The position numbers were made by a program, and so were the translations under genes. Under the pieces are notes generated by a model. It was not told the DNA's origin, did not search any database, and was given only the letters and a program-made list of their open reading frames with translations. From Candidatus Brocadia sp. (GTDB taxonomy: Bacteria; Planctomycetota; Brocadiia; Brocadiales; Brocadiaceae): 32,000 nucleotides of DNA. The stretch's first letter is position 1. Every line of letters begins with the position of its first letter. The stretch covers positions 2,940,001-2,972,000 of the forward strand of contig CP091279.1 in NCBI GenBank assembly GCA_021650915.1. The letters are read 5' to 3'. Below, in pieces: positions 1 to 8,248 of this stretch.

Positions 1-612
1 TTTAGCTGCCTCGGCTTCGTGAACCAGGCTGTACTGATAATGGGCCTCATTATGGTTTGAAAGATTTGACTCGTGGATCTTCTCCCTTTTCCATTGGTCA
101 ATCATCAGGAGTGCGTCTGCAATATGCCGGGGGGAGAATTTCTCAAAAGAAGCGGTGTAGTGTTTTTTAAAATAGTTGATCTCGTTTCTCTTCTTCTCGT
201 ATTTTCTGCCGGCAAGTTTTATGAGATCAGAGGTGTTGTAGATGTAATCGGGATAGCCTTCAACAATGCGGAAGGAACTTTTGTCGAAAAGATTCAGGAA
301 GTCTTCGTAAACGTAATTGATGTAAGATTCAAAACCGCGGGTGTCATTCATTTCACGCATCAGGGAAAAACATTCATACAGGGTATTTTGGATATTGTTT
401 TTCCCTAACGGGGGGAGCATCATGCACATGCCTTTCGGCGTAACTCCAAAAAGGCAAAAGTTATTGTGGATTAATTTCCATAGTAACTCTATGGAGCCTT
501 TCCATATAAAATTGTTTGCAAAAGAATAATCACATAAATTTACCTCTTCTTTCTTTACATAATTGTCAAAAAGCCTTTTATCTTCAATTTTTAAACGTTT
601 TAAACCATACAG
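1..612 (-). CDS. DUF2156 (lysyl-phosphatidylglycerol synthase C-terminal-like) domain protein; 3' end runs off the window, start unresolved
   Basis: Absent from the ORF track. My minus-strand translation is open from 705 to 1: ..KLYGLKRLKIEDKRLFDNYVKKEEVNLCDYSFANNFIWKGSIELLWKLIHNNFCLFGVTPKG..GYPDYIYNTSDLIKLAGRKYEKKRNEINYFKKHY.. This resembles the N-terminal pattern of DUF2156 proteins (LxxEDK..f..Y...... S/D-Y-S/T-F-x-N-x-F-I-W). There is no in-frame ATG near the 5' end. The candidate start is CTG at 612; the ATG at 619 is out of frame. Confidence 0.55.
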   Translation of the reverse strand, partial: MYGLKRLKIEDKRLFDNYVKKEEVNLCDYSFANNFIWKGSIELLWKLIHNNFCLFGVTPKGMCMMLPPLGKNNIQNTLYECFSLMREMNDTRGFESYINYVYEDFLNLFDKSSFRIVEGYPDYIYNTSDLIKLAGRKYEKKRNEINYFKKHYTASFEKFSPRHIADALLMIDQWKREKIHESNLSNHNEAHYQYSLVHEAEAAK

Positions 613-994
613 CTTGCATTTTTCTTCGATACTGATACTACGTTCTGTTACTTGCGAGAGACTCGTTTCAATGAGTTGTAAAATGGTTTCTCTCCTAATG
701 TGGTATTACACCGGACCCACCCACACGACGGAGGCTCGAGGTCAAGTGCAAACCATTGTATAATTCTGGCAGACATCCCCTGCAGATGCCTGAACCAGGC
801 GTTATTGTTTTGTGTAACGTGAATCTTCCTTTTTGAAGATCTGATTTTTCTTGGAAAATTTTTCATAAAAATCACCCGTAATGCCTGAGAATATTTACCG
901 CTGAATTATACAATACCCGGAGAGATTTGCAAGAGAGAATTACCGCTGATTGAGAAATTTTTTGGTAGTGGCAAAAACCTCGGCCTGTTCTGCA

Positions 995-1103
995 CTAGTG
1001 TGTAGACATATTAATTACAAATTATATATTGTGGACAATTTTAGCTATATCGCGCTGCAAAACAGCATTTATATGTTTCGTTATTAATATGTCTCTACAC
1101 TAG
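995..1103. repeat. 21-bp imperfect inverted repeat (19/21) with 67-bp spacer, 20 nt downstream of the glgC stop
   Basis: 995-1015 CTAGTGTGTAGACATATTAAT versus the reverse complement of 1083-1103, CTAGTGTAGAGACATATTAAT. It could form a long hairpin in the glgC 3' UTR. Function unknown (terminator/stabiliser or MITE-like). Confidence 0.7.
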
Positions 1104-1122
1104 CTATAAGAAAATACGGCAA

Positions 1123-2409
1123 TTATATTGTGGTGTATGACGGCACAATACTGCCTTTGGGTATGATGACAATAGAATCACGAATCATGTAATTTTCTGC
1201 GTCGAGATATTCTATCTTCTGTTTGTTTTCTATCGTTACCTGTTCTCCGATATGTACATTCTTGTCGATAATGGCGCCCACGATACGGCACTGGTTGCCG
1301 ATGCCCGTGTCAGGTATTTTTTTAAACCGGTTCGTCCGAATATTCGCTTCTGTCTCGTAATAATCTGCGCCCATGATGATTGAGTTTTGGATCAGGGTGT
1401 TTTTTCCAAGAATACTCCGGATTCCGATCACAGAATTGGATATTTCAGCCTGATCAACCCTGCAACCATCGGAAATAATGGATTGTGTAATCTTGCAGCC
1501 GTTGATGATCGATCCGGGCAAAAAAAGAGGATTCGTATAGATCGGCACCTTTTCGCTGTACAAGTTAAAACTTGGCGTGAGAGATGCCAGGTTCAGATTT
1601 GCCTCATAAAATGATTTAATAGTGCCGATATCCTCCCAGTAACCGTCAAAGAAATACGCAAATACCCGCCGTGTTTTTATGATTTCCGGGATAATGTCTT
1701 TGCCAAAATCTGATTTACTGGTTTCCTTCAGGATTTCGGTCAATACCTCAAGGTTAAACACATAAATGCCCATCGAAGCGAGCAGACTGCGACCTCTGGC
1801 GCTAACACCCCGTCGTTCGAAAACACCTGCACCGAGCGAGAGAGAATCGATTATCGTCTCGTCTTTTGGCTTTTCAAAAAAGCCGGTAATACGGCCTTGT
1901 TCATCGATCTTTAAGATCCCTAAATTGGGCGACTCCTTTCTTTCCACGGGAATCGTTGAGATGGTTACCTCAGCTCCGTTTTGGATGTGTTCCTTAATGA
2001 TGTGTTCGTAATCCATCCGGTAAAGCTGGTCGCCGGAGAGGATCAGGACGAAATCGATGTTAGGTTGGTTGAAAAACCTCAGATTTTGCCGGACAGCATC
2101 CGCAGTGCCTTGATACCAATTCATACTTTCAATGGTTTGAGTGGCTGCCAGGATTTCTATAAAACCACGGGAGAAGTTGTCAAATTTATATGCCCGCGTT
2201 ATATGCCGATGAAGAGATGCCGAGTTAAATTGTGTGAGTACGTATATTTTATTGAGCTCTGAATTGAGACAATTACTGATAGGAATGTCAATAAGCCGGT
2301 ATTTCCCGGCAAGGGGGACGGCCGGTTTCGACCTTTCTTTCGTTAACGGATAGAGCCTTGTTCCACGCCCACCGCCTAAGATTACCGAAATTACGTTGTC
2401 CATCTTCAA
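1123..2409 (-). CDS. glgC: glucose-1-phosphate adenylyltransferase
   Basis: 428-aa ORF. The N-terminus has VILGGGRGTRLYPLTKERSKPAVPLAGKYRLIDIPISNC, the canonical GlgC nucleotidyltransferase signature. The C-terminus is a left-handed beta-helix-type region. Confidence 0.9.
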   Translation of the reverse strand: MKMDNVISVILGGGRGTRLYPLTKERSKPAVPLAGKYRLIDIPISNCLNSELNKIYVLTQFNSASLHRHITRAYKFDNFSRGFIEILAATQTIESMNWYQGTADAVRQNLRFFNQPNIDFVLILSGDQLYRMDYEHIIKEHIQNGAEVTISTIPVERKESPNLGILKIDEQGRITGFFEKPKDETIIDSLSLGAGVFERRGVSARGRSLLASMGIYVFNLEVLTEILKETSKSDFGKDIIPEIIKTRRVFAYFFDGYWEDIGTIKSFYEANLNLASLTPSFNLYSEKVPIYTNPLFLPGSIINGCKITQSIISDGCRVDQAEISNSVIGIRSILGKNTLIQNSIIMGADYYETEANIRTNRFKKIPDTGIGNQCRIVGAIIDKNVHIGEQVTIENKQKIEYLDAENYMIRDSIVIIPKGSIVPSYTTI

Positions 2410-2530
2410 TCCTGTCTTTAAGACTTTTTTCGTTTCGCGGCAAATGCATCAAGGTGGCTACCAAAGAAAACGAAAAATTTGCGCCATTGCCCGAAGCCGG
2501 CAACGTTAAACACCATTTCGCTTACCATTT

Positions 2531-3481
2531 TCACACAACAGGCCTGGGATATAAACCGGCCTGCCGGACAATTTCGGGGACGGCCTCTTCCCATTCAACG
2601 GCCATGATATGCACTCCGGCGACACCTTTAACTTCTCGCACCTGTTCTATAACCTCAAGACATATCTTCATGCCCTCTTCCTTCCCCTTTTTAGCAGCTG
2701 AGGCGACTGTCATGCGGTTCACAACCTCGTCAGAAACGTCCATGCCGGGCACATTGTGCTTCATATGTTTGGCCATGCCGGCAGACTTGAGCGGGGCCAC
2801 ACCGGCCAGGATGAACGTCTTTTCGTGGAGACCCATGTCAGTGACGATCTTCATCCATTCTTTGAATTTTTTCGTATTATAGATGATCTGTGTTTGAATG
2901 AAATCAGCGCCTGCGGCAATTTTTTTTGCAAGCCTGATTGCGCGGAATTTAAAGGGATCAGCAAAGGGATTCTCGGCAGCGCCAATAAAGAACTTTGGCT
3001 CAGATGCCTTTAACTCTTGCCCGCCCTGAAATTTTTTTCCATCCCTGAGCGTCTTTACCATATGAATTAGCTGAATGGAATCGATGTCAAAGACGCCTTT
3101 TGCCATCGGATGGTCTCCGAATTTTTGATGATCACCCGTTAAACACAACAGGTTTTTTGCCCCCAGCGCCGCAGCGCCCAGGAGGTCGCTCTGAATGGCA
3201 ATGCGGTTCCTGTCACGGCAGGTCATCTGGATAATCGGCTCTAATCCTGCATCCAGGACGATACGACTGGCGGCAATACTGGACATGCGCACCACTGCGG
3301 TTTGGCAATCAGTAATATTAAAGGCATCCCCGTAACCTTTTAATATCCCAGCCTTTTTTTCTATTGCTGAACGGTCGGCGCCACGAGGCGGCCCAAGCTC
3401 TGCCGTCACGGCGAATTGTCCGCTTCTCAGGAGCTTTTCCAGGTTACTGCCGGATTTTATGCCAGAACTATTTTCAACCAT
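2531..3481 (-). CDS. metF: 5,10-methylenetetrahydrofolate reductase
   Basis: 316-aa ORF with MetF TIM-barrel motifs (FAVTAELGPPRG, FNITDCQTAVVRMSS, LTGDHQKFGDHP, ADFIQTQIIYN). Confidence 0.9.
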   Translation of the reverse strand: MVENSSGIKSGSNLEKLLRSGQFAVTAELGPPRGADRSAIEKKAGILKGYGDAFNITDCQTAVVRMSSIAASRIVLDAGLEPIIQMTCRDRNRIAIQSDLLGAAALGAKNLLCLTGDHQKFGDHPMAKGVFDIDSIQLIHMVKTLRDGKKFQGGQELKASEPKFFIGAAENPFADPFKFRAIRLAKKIAAGADFIQTQIIYNTKKFKEWMKIVTDMGLHEKTFILAGVAPLKSAGMAKHMKHNVPGMDVSDEVVNRMTVASAAKKGKEEGMKICLEVIEQVREVKGVAGVHIMAVEWEEAVPEIVRQAGLYPRPVV

Positions 3482-3522
3482 ACTTCGGATTACAATACAA
3501 ATTATTATTTTTGCTCAGACAA

Positions 3523-3741
3523 CTACTTGTTCAACCATTCATCTTTCGTAATCTCTGCTTGTCTTAAAAGTCGCGTTAAAAACCCGATGCCAATTTCTGA
3601 TTCATGCTTATTGGGAATTATAACCGTCTGAGTTCCTTTCTTCATTTTTGGATGCTTTCCACCGAAGAACGGCCCTTCAAAACCAAGCTCCTTCATCCGT
3701 GAAACAAACTCTTGCCACGTTACAGGCTTTAATTTCTCCAT
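3523..3741 (-). CDS. hicA: HicA-family type II toxin (mRNA interferase)
   Basis: 72 aa. The WQEFVSRMKELGFEG..GGKHPKMKKGTQTVIIPNKHESEIGIGFLTRLLRQAEI pattern is typical of HicA/YcfA. Its start overlaps the hicB stop (TAATG). Confidence 0.8.
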   Translation of the reverse strand: MEKLKPVTWQEFVSRMKELGFEGPFFGGKHPKMKKGTQTVIIPNKHESEIGIGFLTRLLRQAEITKDEWLNK

Positions 3742-3986
3742 TATGTGACATGTTCTACAACATTAAGGTTTATGCCTTCAATTACAGGCAACTCGAGGTT
3801 GTTCTTTAACCTGAAAACAATCCATTCTTCCAATGCCTCTCTCAGTTCATCCCTGCATCTTTCAAGGGTTTCTGCCTTCCCCCATACACCTTGAAGGCCA
3901 GAAATTTCTCCCCAATATGTTCCTTCGCCTTCGATTATTTCATAATGGGCAAGCCCCATTGCCTTTTGAATATACTCTGTTAACAT
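3741..3986 (-). CDS. hicB: HicB-family antitoxin (short, N-terminal HicB fold only)
   Basis: 81 aa. YEIIEGEGTYWGEISGLQGVWGKAETLERCRDELREALEEWI matches the HicB N-terminal domain pattern. It lies immediately upstream of hicA and is coupled to it. Confidence 0.75.
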   Translation of the reverse strand: MLTEYIQKAMGLAHYEIIEGEGTYWGEISGLQGVWGKAETLERCRDELREALEEWIVFRLKNNLELPVIEGINLNVVEHVT

Positions 3987-4099
3987 GGTAGTTCCTGCTA
4001 TAAAAATAGGGTAACAATTTAGCTTTTTGAAAATTTCTCGTATCTATTCAGCGTACTTTCGCTCACAATCACTACGAGTGAACAAAATATCGATTCTGT

Positions 4100-4255
4100 A
4101 ATCCCGAAGGGATGACATGATTATAGCATATTGTTATGCAATTATGGTTAACCCCGTAGGGGTGGCATAGTATCGCTATTTTCTCGATATTTCACCCCTA
4201 CGGGGTTGAATAGGGTGGTGCGTTTTTTCTATAATCATGTCATCCCTTCGGGATT
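4100..4255. repeat. 156-bp nested palindrome built from four CCC-N3-GGG mini-hairpins
   Basis: The outer arms are perfect: 4100-4126 AATCCCGAAGGGATGACATGATTATAG and 4229-4255 CTATAATCATGTCATCCCTTCGGGATT. The inner arms are 4150-4164 AACCCCGTAGGGGTG and 4193-4207 CACCCCTACGGGGTT. Each arm is itself a small hairpin. Confidence 0.85.
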
Positions 4256-4295
4256 TTTCAAAAAACTAAATTGTTACAAAATAGGATGGGTTTTA

Positions 4296-4988
4296 TTATT
4301 TTTTCACAACCAAATGTTCCAGCACCATCTTGCGTGGATGGTTTTCCATGCCGGTTGTCCAGTCCTTGGGCGGCACAATCGTTTCCATCGTTGCCAGCAG
4401 TTGCTGAATGTCCAGTTGGTCATAGATCTGATGCCACACGCACGGGGTTTCCCGTGAGACCTCGCACTTCCCGTTTTGTGAACCGCCACACGGTCCGTTT
4501 AGCAAACTCTTTGCACACCGGCTTACCGGACACAACCCTCCGGTAGTTCCCACAATACAATTCCCGCACCCCGCGCACCGCTCCCAAAAAACACCCTGTT
4601 CGACCGGCCCACCCATAAAGGTAGTATTGAGACCGGGGAATATCCTGATCCTGGGAAATCTCTCGGCCATGTACTGAACGCCTACGCCACAGGCAATGGA
4701 AATGACGGCATCGCAATCTTTGACAACCCCTTGGATATCCCGAATAAATTCCCACTCACACTGCCGGAGCGTGGAATCTTCGATAACCTCAAGTTGCCTG
4801 CCCTCCAGTTTTGCAGCAAGCCGGAGTTGTGCGGCAAGCTCAGCAACCTGCTTTTCTCCGCCCGTATGGCATATCGTTACACACGAACCACATCCCAGTA
4901 CGCAGACCTTTTTAAAACCGGAAAGCATCTGCTTGATTTCCGGAAACGGCTTTGATGACGCTACAATCATGACACTAGTCCACCACAA
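4296..4988 (-). CDS. metV: MetV-like protein (methylene-THF reductase C-terminal, Cys-rich zinc/Fe-S domain)
   Basis: The C-terminal half has ERCAGCGNCIVGTTGGLCPVSRCAKSLLNGPCGGSQNGKCEVSRETPCVWHQIY, the hallmark of the MTHFR_C/MetV domain. It lies in the same transcriptional direction as metF. The start may be at a downstream Met (MIVASS..). Confidence 0.8.
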   Translation of the reverse strand: MWWTSVMIVASSKPFPEIKQMLSGFKKVCVLGCGSCVTICHTGGEKQVAELAAQLRLAAKLEGRQLEVIEDSTLRQCEWEFIRDIQGVVKDCDAVISIACGVGVQYMAERFPRIRIFPGLNTTFMGGPVEQGVFWERCAGCGNCIVGTTGGLCPVSRCAKSLLNGPCGGSQNGKCEVSRETPCVWHQIYDQLDIQQLLATMETIVPPKDWTTGMENHPRKMVLEHLVVKK

Positions 4989-5084
4989 ATTTCCACGAAA
5001 TTGACTCGAATTACAATATCTGCAACAAAACCCCCAGAATCGTTTCTTGCTCGTTCCTTAGCAACCCGGTAGGTCATCATCTGA

Positions 5085-7157
5085 TTATAAATGTCTCAGT
5101 TCCTCAACCATATCAAAAGCAATCTCAAGGATTTCCTTGCCATTCTGTGAAGAAATAAAATGGGTCCGAAACCTCCTGGTATCCATTCCCAACCCACTCA
5201 AGAGCTGGCTGGTAAATCTTGACCGTCTTTCAATCCATTCCTGCTCATGGCAAAAATGGCAGGTGTCGTCCTTACAAGCGGTTACCAATACCCCGTGAGC
5301 GCCCAACTCAAATGCCCTGAGATATAATGAAGGCTCTACCTTGCCCAATCCCAGAACACCTACCCGCCTGAAGTGAAAAACCAGTAAGTCGTCCGTTGCG
5401 CTTTCCTTGCCCTCTTTGTACGCACTATACTGACAATAAAAATTAACAATAAAAGGTTTAATACCGTGGACAAATTTTTCCTGAAAGACCGCTTCAAGGG
5501 CATCTTTTCCGCAATCTTCCATTGGGGTTTTAAAACGAATTGCCTTTGCAGGGCATTCTACAATACACAAACCACAGGACTGGCAATCTCCGTCAATGTA
5601 GGCCGTCGTATTGCCTTTCGCGATCTTTGGCACTTCAAAAGGACATATCCGTACGCAGGTGAGACAGCCAACGCAAAGATTATCGTCCACCGAGGCGCCG
5701 GCGCCGCAGTTCATACACCGTTGCGCCTCTCTTACCGCAGCATTCAGGGTAAACCCCAACTCTACCTCATCAAAGTTGCTGAGCCTTTTATCCAAAGACA
5801 TCGTAGGCATCTCTTGTTTTTGCTCTTTTTTAATAAGGGCAATTTTGGATGCGGCCACATCGGGCACGGCAGGCTTATCCGCCCATTTCTCATCTTTGAG
5901 CGCCGAACTTCTCAGGGTATTATGGATAGCAATCGCCGCCTTCTTGCCCTGGGCCATGCTTTCGGTCATGGTCCCCCGACCCAGCACAATATCGCCACCC
6001 GCGTAAACACCGTGAACAGAGGTGCTCAGGGTGGCCGGATTGGCAATAATGGTGCCGCCGCGCGTGACCTGAATCCCCTCCTGGCCTCTCAGGAAAGTGA
6101 GATTTGACGCTTGTCCTATTGCAAGGATAATCGTGTCCGCCTCGATAACGGATTCCGATCCTTCGTGGAAGGCCGGGTTAAATCGCTTTTGTTCATCAAA
6201 GACATATTTTACCTTCAGGATCTCCAAACCAGCTACTTTTCCGTCTTTCCCGATGATACGCTTTGGACCAACCGAGTTATAAAGCACCGCCCCTTCATGA
6301 ACGGCCTCCTCGATCTCAAAATCGGTGGTTGGCATCTCCTTCCGGGATTCGAGGCAGGCAACGGACACCCGGCCGGGTTTCAATCGCAGCGCCGTCCGTG
6401 CGCAGTCCATGGCAACGGCGCCCCCGCCGATGACCAGCACGTTCTTTCCGATCCGGGCACGTCCCGTCGTATTTACCTCATGCAAAAAGGAAACCCCCTT
6501 GAGAACCCCTTCGAGTTGCACCCCTTCAATATTCAAGGTGCGGCTTTCCAACAGGCCCACACCAAGAAATACCACGGAAAACCCGTCTTTCTTCAAGCTT
6601 TCAAAGGTAATATCGACTCCAAACGTAGTATTATACCGAATCTCTACCCCAAGCTTTTGAATGCAATGAACGTCATTATCAATGGATACCCGTGGAAGAC
6701 GATAGGTTGGAACCCCCATGCGAAGCATGCCGCCCGGAGTTGGATTTGATTCAAATATGGTGCAGGAATATCCTAAAATGGCCAAATCATTCGCTGCGGC
6801 AAGCCCGGCAGGACCGGCGCCAATGATGGCGATTTTTTCAGGGTATCGCTCGGAAACTGCTCTCCCGGGTTCCTCAGAAAAGTTATCACCGAGGAAACGC
6901 TTGAGCCATGCGATTGCGATGGGGGCATCCGTGCTGTTTCTCCGGCATTTTGTTTCACACGGATGGGTGCAGATACGGCCACATGCTGCTGGCAAGGGAT
7001 TTCTCTCCCTCACGAGCCGAAATGCCTCATTGAAACGTCCCCGGGCTATGAGCTGGACATAATCACGGGCATCCTGCCGTATAGGACAGGCCAGGATACA
7101 TGGCGCCTCTTCATTGATTTTTTTGTCAGGTGTTGCGCAGGTGCGTGTTGTTGTCAT
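5085..7157 (-). CDS. Three-domain fusion: GltD/NfnB-like NAD(P)H-FAD oxidoreductase + 2x[4Fe-4S] ferredoxin + MvhD/FlpD-like domain
   Basis: 690 aa. N-terminus: CILACP..NPLPAACGRICTHPCETKCRR followed by IAIIGAGPAGLAAA and VLVIGGGAVAMDCA dinucleotide folds (GltD-type). Middle: CMNCGAG..CVGCLTCVRICP and CQSCGLCIVECP. C-terminus: GVLGLGKVEPSLYLRAFELGAHGVLVTACKDDTCHFCHEQEW (MvhD-like). Confidence 0.8.
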   Translation of the reverse strand: MTTTRTCATPDKKINEEAPCILACPIRQDARDYVQLIARGRFNEAFRLVRERNPLPAACGRICTHPCETKCRRNSTDAPIAIAWLKRFLGDNFSEEPGRAVSERYPEKIAIIGAGPAGLAAANDLAILGYSCTIFESNPTPGGMLRMGVPTYRLPRVSIDNDVHCIQKLGVEIRYNTTFGVDITFESLKKDGFSVVFLGVGLLESRTLNIEGVQLEGVLKGVSFLHEVNTTGRARIGKNVLVIGGGAVAMDCARTALRLKPGRVSVACLESRKEMPTTDFEIEEAVHEGAVLYNSVGPKRIIGKDGKVAGLEILKVKYVFDEQKRFNPAFHEGSESVIEADTIILAIGQASNLTFLRGQEGIQVTRGGTIIANPATLSTSVHGVYAGGDIVLGRGTMTESMAQGKKAAIAIHNTLRSSALKDEKWADKPAVPDVAASKIALIKKEQKQEMPTMSLDKRLSNFDEVELGFTLNAAVREAQRCMNCGAGASVDDNLCVGCLTCVRICPFEVPKIAKGNTTAYIDGDCQSCGLCIVECPAKAIRFKTPMEDCGKDALEAVFQEKFVHGIKPFIVNFYCQYSAYKEGKESATDDLLVFHFRRVGVLGLGKVEPSLYLRAFELGAHGVLVTACKDDTCHFCHEQEWIERRSRFTSQLLSGLGMDTRRFRTHFISSQNGKEILEIAFDMVEELRHL

Positions 7158-7208
7158 AGCCAGATTTCATTGATTGAACAGATCGTCAGAAATTCACGAA
7201 AACCCTTC

Positions 7209-7622
7209 TTATTCTCCCATGACTTTTATAATCACCCGCTTGCTGCGCTGGCCGTCAAATTCGGCATAAAACACCTTCTGCCACTGGCCGAGGTCTAGCT
7301 TCCCCTCTGTTACCGGTATTACTACCTGATGTCCGAGCAGGAGGTTTCTGAGGTGTGCATCACCATTCACCTCACCGGTTCTATGATGATAATAATCATG
7401 GCCTTCCGGAATCAGCTTGAGCATCCACTCTTCGATATCCCGATGGAGTCCTGGTTCTGCATCATTCACAAAGATCCCCGACGTTATATGCATGGCAGAC
7501 ACCAAAATCATACCCTCTTTAATGCCACTCTTCTGCAAGACCCGTTCTATCTCCCGGGTAATATTAATAAACTCACGGCGCTTTTTGGTTTGAAATGTCA
7601 GATATTCGGTCAGATATTTCAT
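7209..7622 (-). CDS. yjbQ: YjbQ/UPF0047 family protein (secondary thiamine-phosphate synthase)
   Basis: 137 aa. Motifs [56 protein letters not shown] are typical of UPF0047. Confidence 0.85.
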   Translation of the reverse strand: MKYLTEYLTFQTKKRREFINITREIERVLQKSGIKEGMILVSAMHITSGIFVNDAEPGLHRDIEEWMLKLIPEGHDYYHHRTGEVNGDAHLRNLLLGHQVVIPVTEGKLDLGQWQKVFYAEFDGQRSKRVIIKVMGE

Positions 7623-7660
7623 AGGAAAAACCTTATTATTTCGATGCTCAGAAGTTTTAA

Positions 7661-7836
7661 ATTAGCTCTTCAGCGACCTTCTCAATGTAGAGCGACGAGC
7701 CTCGTCGCTTTACAAATGCAGCTTTGAATTTCCTTATCATTTAATTAGGCCTTCAGCGACTTTTTAGTATAAGGTTAAACCCATCCCTGAATCCCCTCCC
7801 AGGAGGGGATTTCTTTCGTCCCCTCTTGAGAGGGGG
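7661..7836. repeat. Cluster of intergenic repeats: a 20-bp direct repeat x2, a GC palindrome, and two CCCC..GGGG hairpins
   Basis: Direct repeat ATTAGCTCTTCAGCGACCTT (7661-7680) and ATTAGGCCTTCAGCGACTTT (7744-7763), 17/20 identical. Palindrome AGCGACGAG-c-CTCGTCGCT (7691-7709). Hairpins ATCCCCTCC-ca-GGAGGGGAT (7791-7810) and CCCCTCT-tg-AGAGGGG (7820-7835). Confidence 0.75.
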
Positions 7837-8181
7837 TTGGGAGTGTGTAAGGCAGAAGCAGAAAGATTGAAACTCCTATAACTCAGTTTTGAATCCTATC
7901 CCTTCATGAGAACCATTGGAATTCGTATGCCAGTACTTCACTTTCCGTTCTACTCGTTAAAAATCAAATTTTACCAGTAATCTTAAGCTATTCAAGAAAA
8001 TTTCATTATTTTTCCGTCATCCCCCTTAGCCCTTCGTTCTCAGCCTTGTCTCACCTGCGCAATCCATTATTTATTGGTGGAAAATCCGCAAGCCATAATT
8101 TGATTATACGAAAAAGAGATACCTTGTTATTTTTTTGGAAATTTTCTACTTCTGACAGCTGAGGTTTCACTCATTAAAAAC

Positions 8182-8210
8182 TTGACATTGTTTTGCCAAT
8201 TACTTAATAT
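8182..8210 (+). promoter_or_regulatory. Sigma-70-like promoter upstream of the tcmP/DUF5131 pair
   Basis: TTGACA (8182-8187), a 17-nt spacer, then TAATAT (8205-8210), about 160 nt upstream of the tcmP ATG. An AAGGA Shine-Dalgarno-like motif sits about 11 nt before the ATG at 8371. Sequence match only; no experimental support. Confidence 0.45.
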
Positions 8211-8248
8211 ACCGGCAAATAGTCTACAGAGCTTATTATATGCCCAAA

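Noticed and set aside
73-875. Plus-strand ORFs 73-408, 341-529 and 563-763, and minus-strand ORF 648-875, from the ORF track
   Set aside because: Their translations have no recognisable motifs. The minus strand over 1-705 encodes a coherent DUF2156-like sequence, so these are shadow or chance ORFs.
5466-7062. Long antisense ORFs (5466-6107, 6111-6749, 6718-7062 and others) inside the 690-aa oxidoreductase gene
   Set aside because: They are typical shadow ORFs opposite a GC-moderate coding strand. They are low-complexity and motif-free, while the minus-strand product has clear domain signatures. The same reasoning applies to antisense ORFs within nadB, glgC, metV and the glycan genes.
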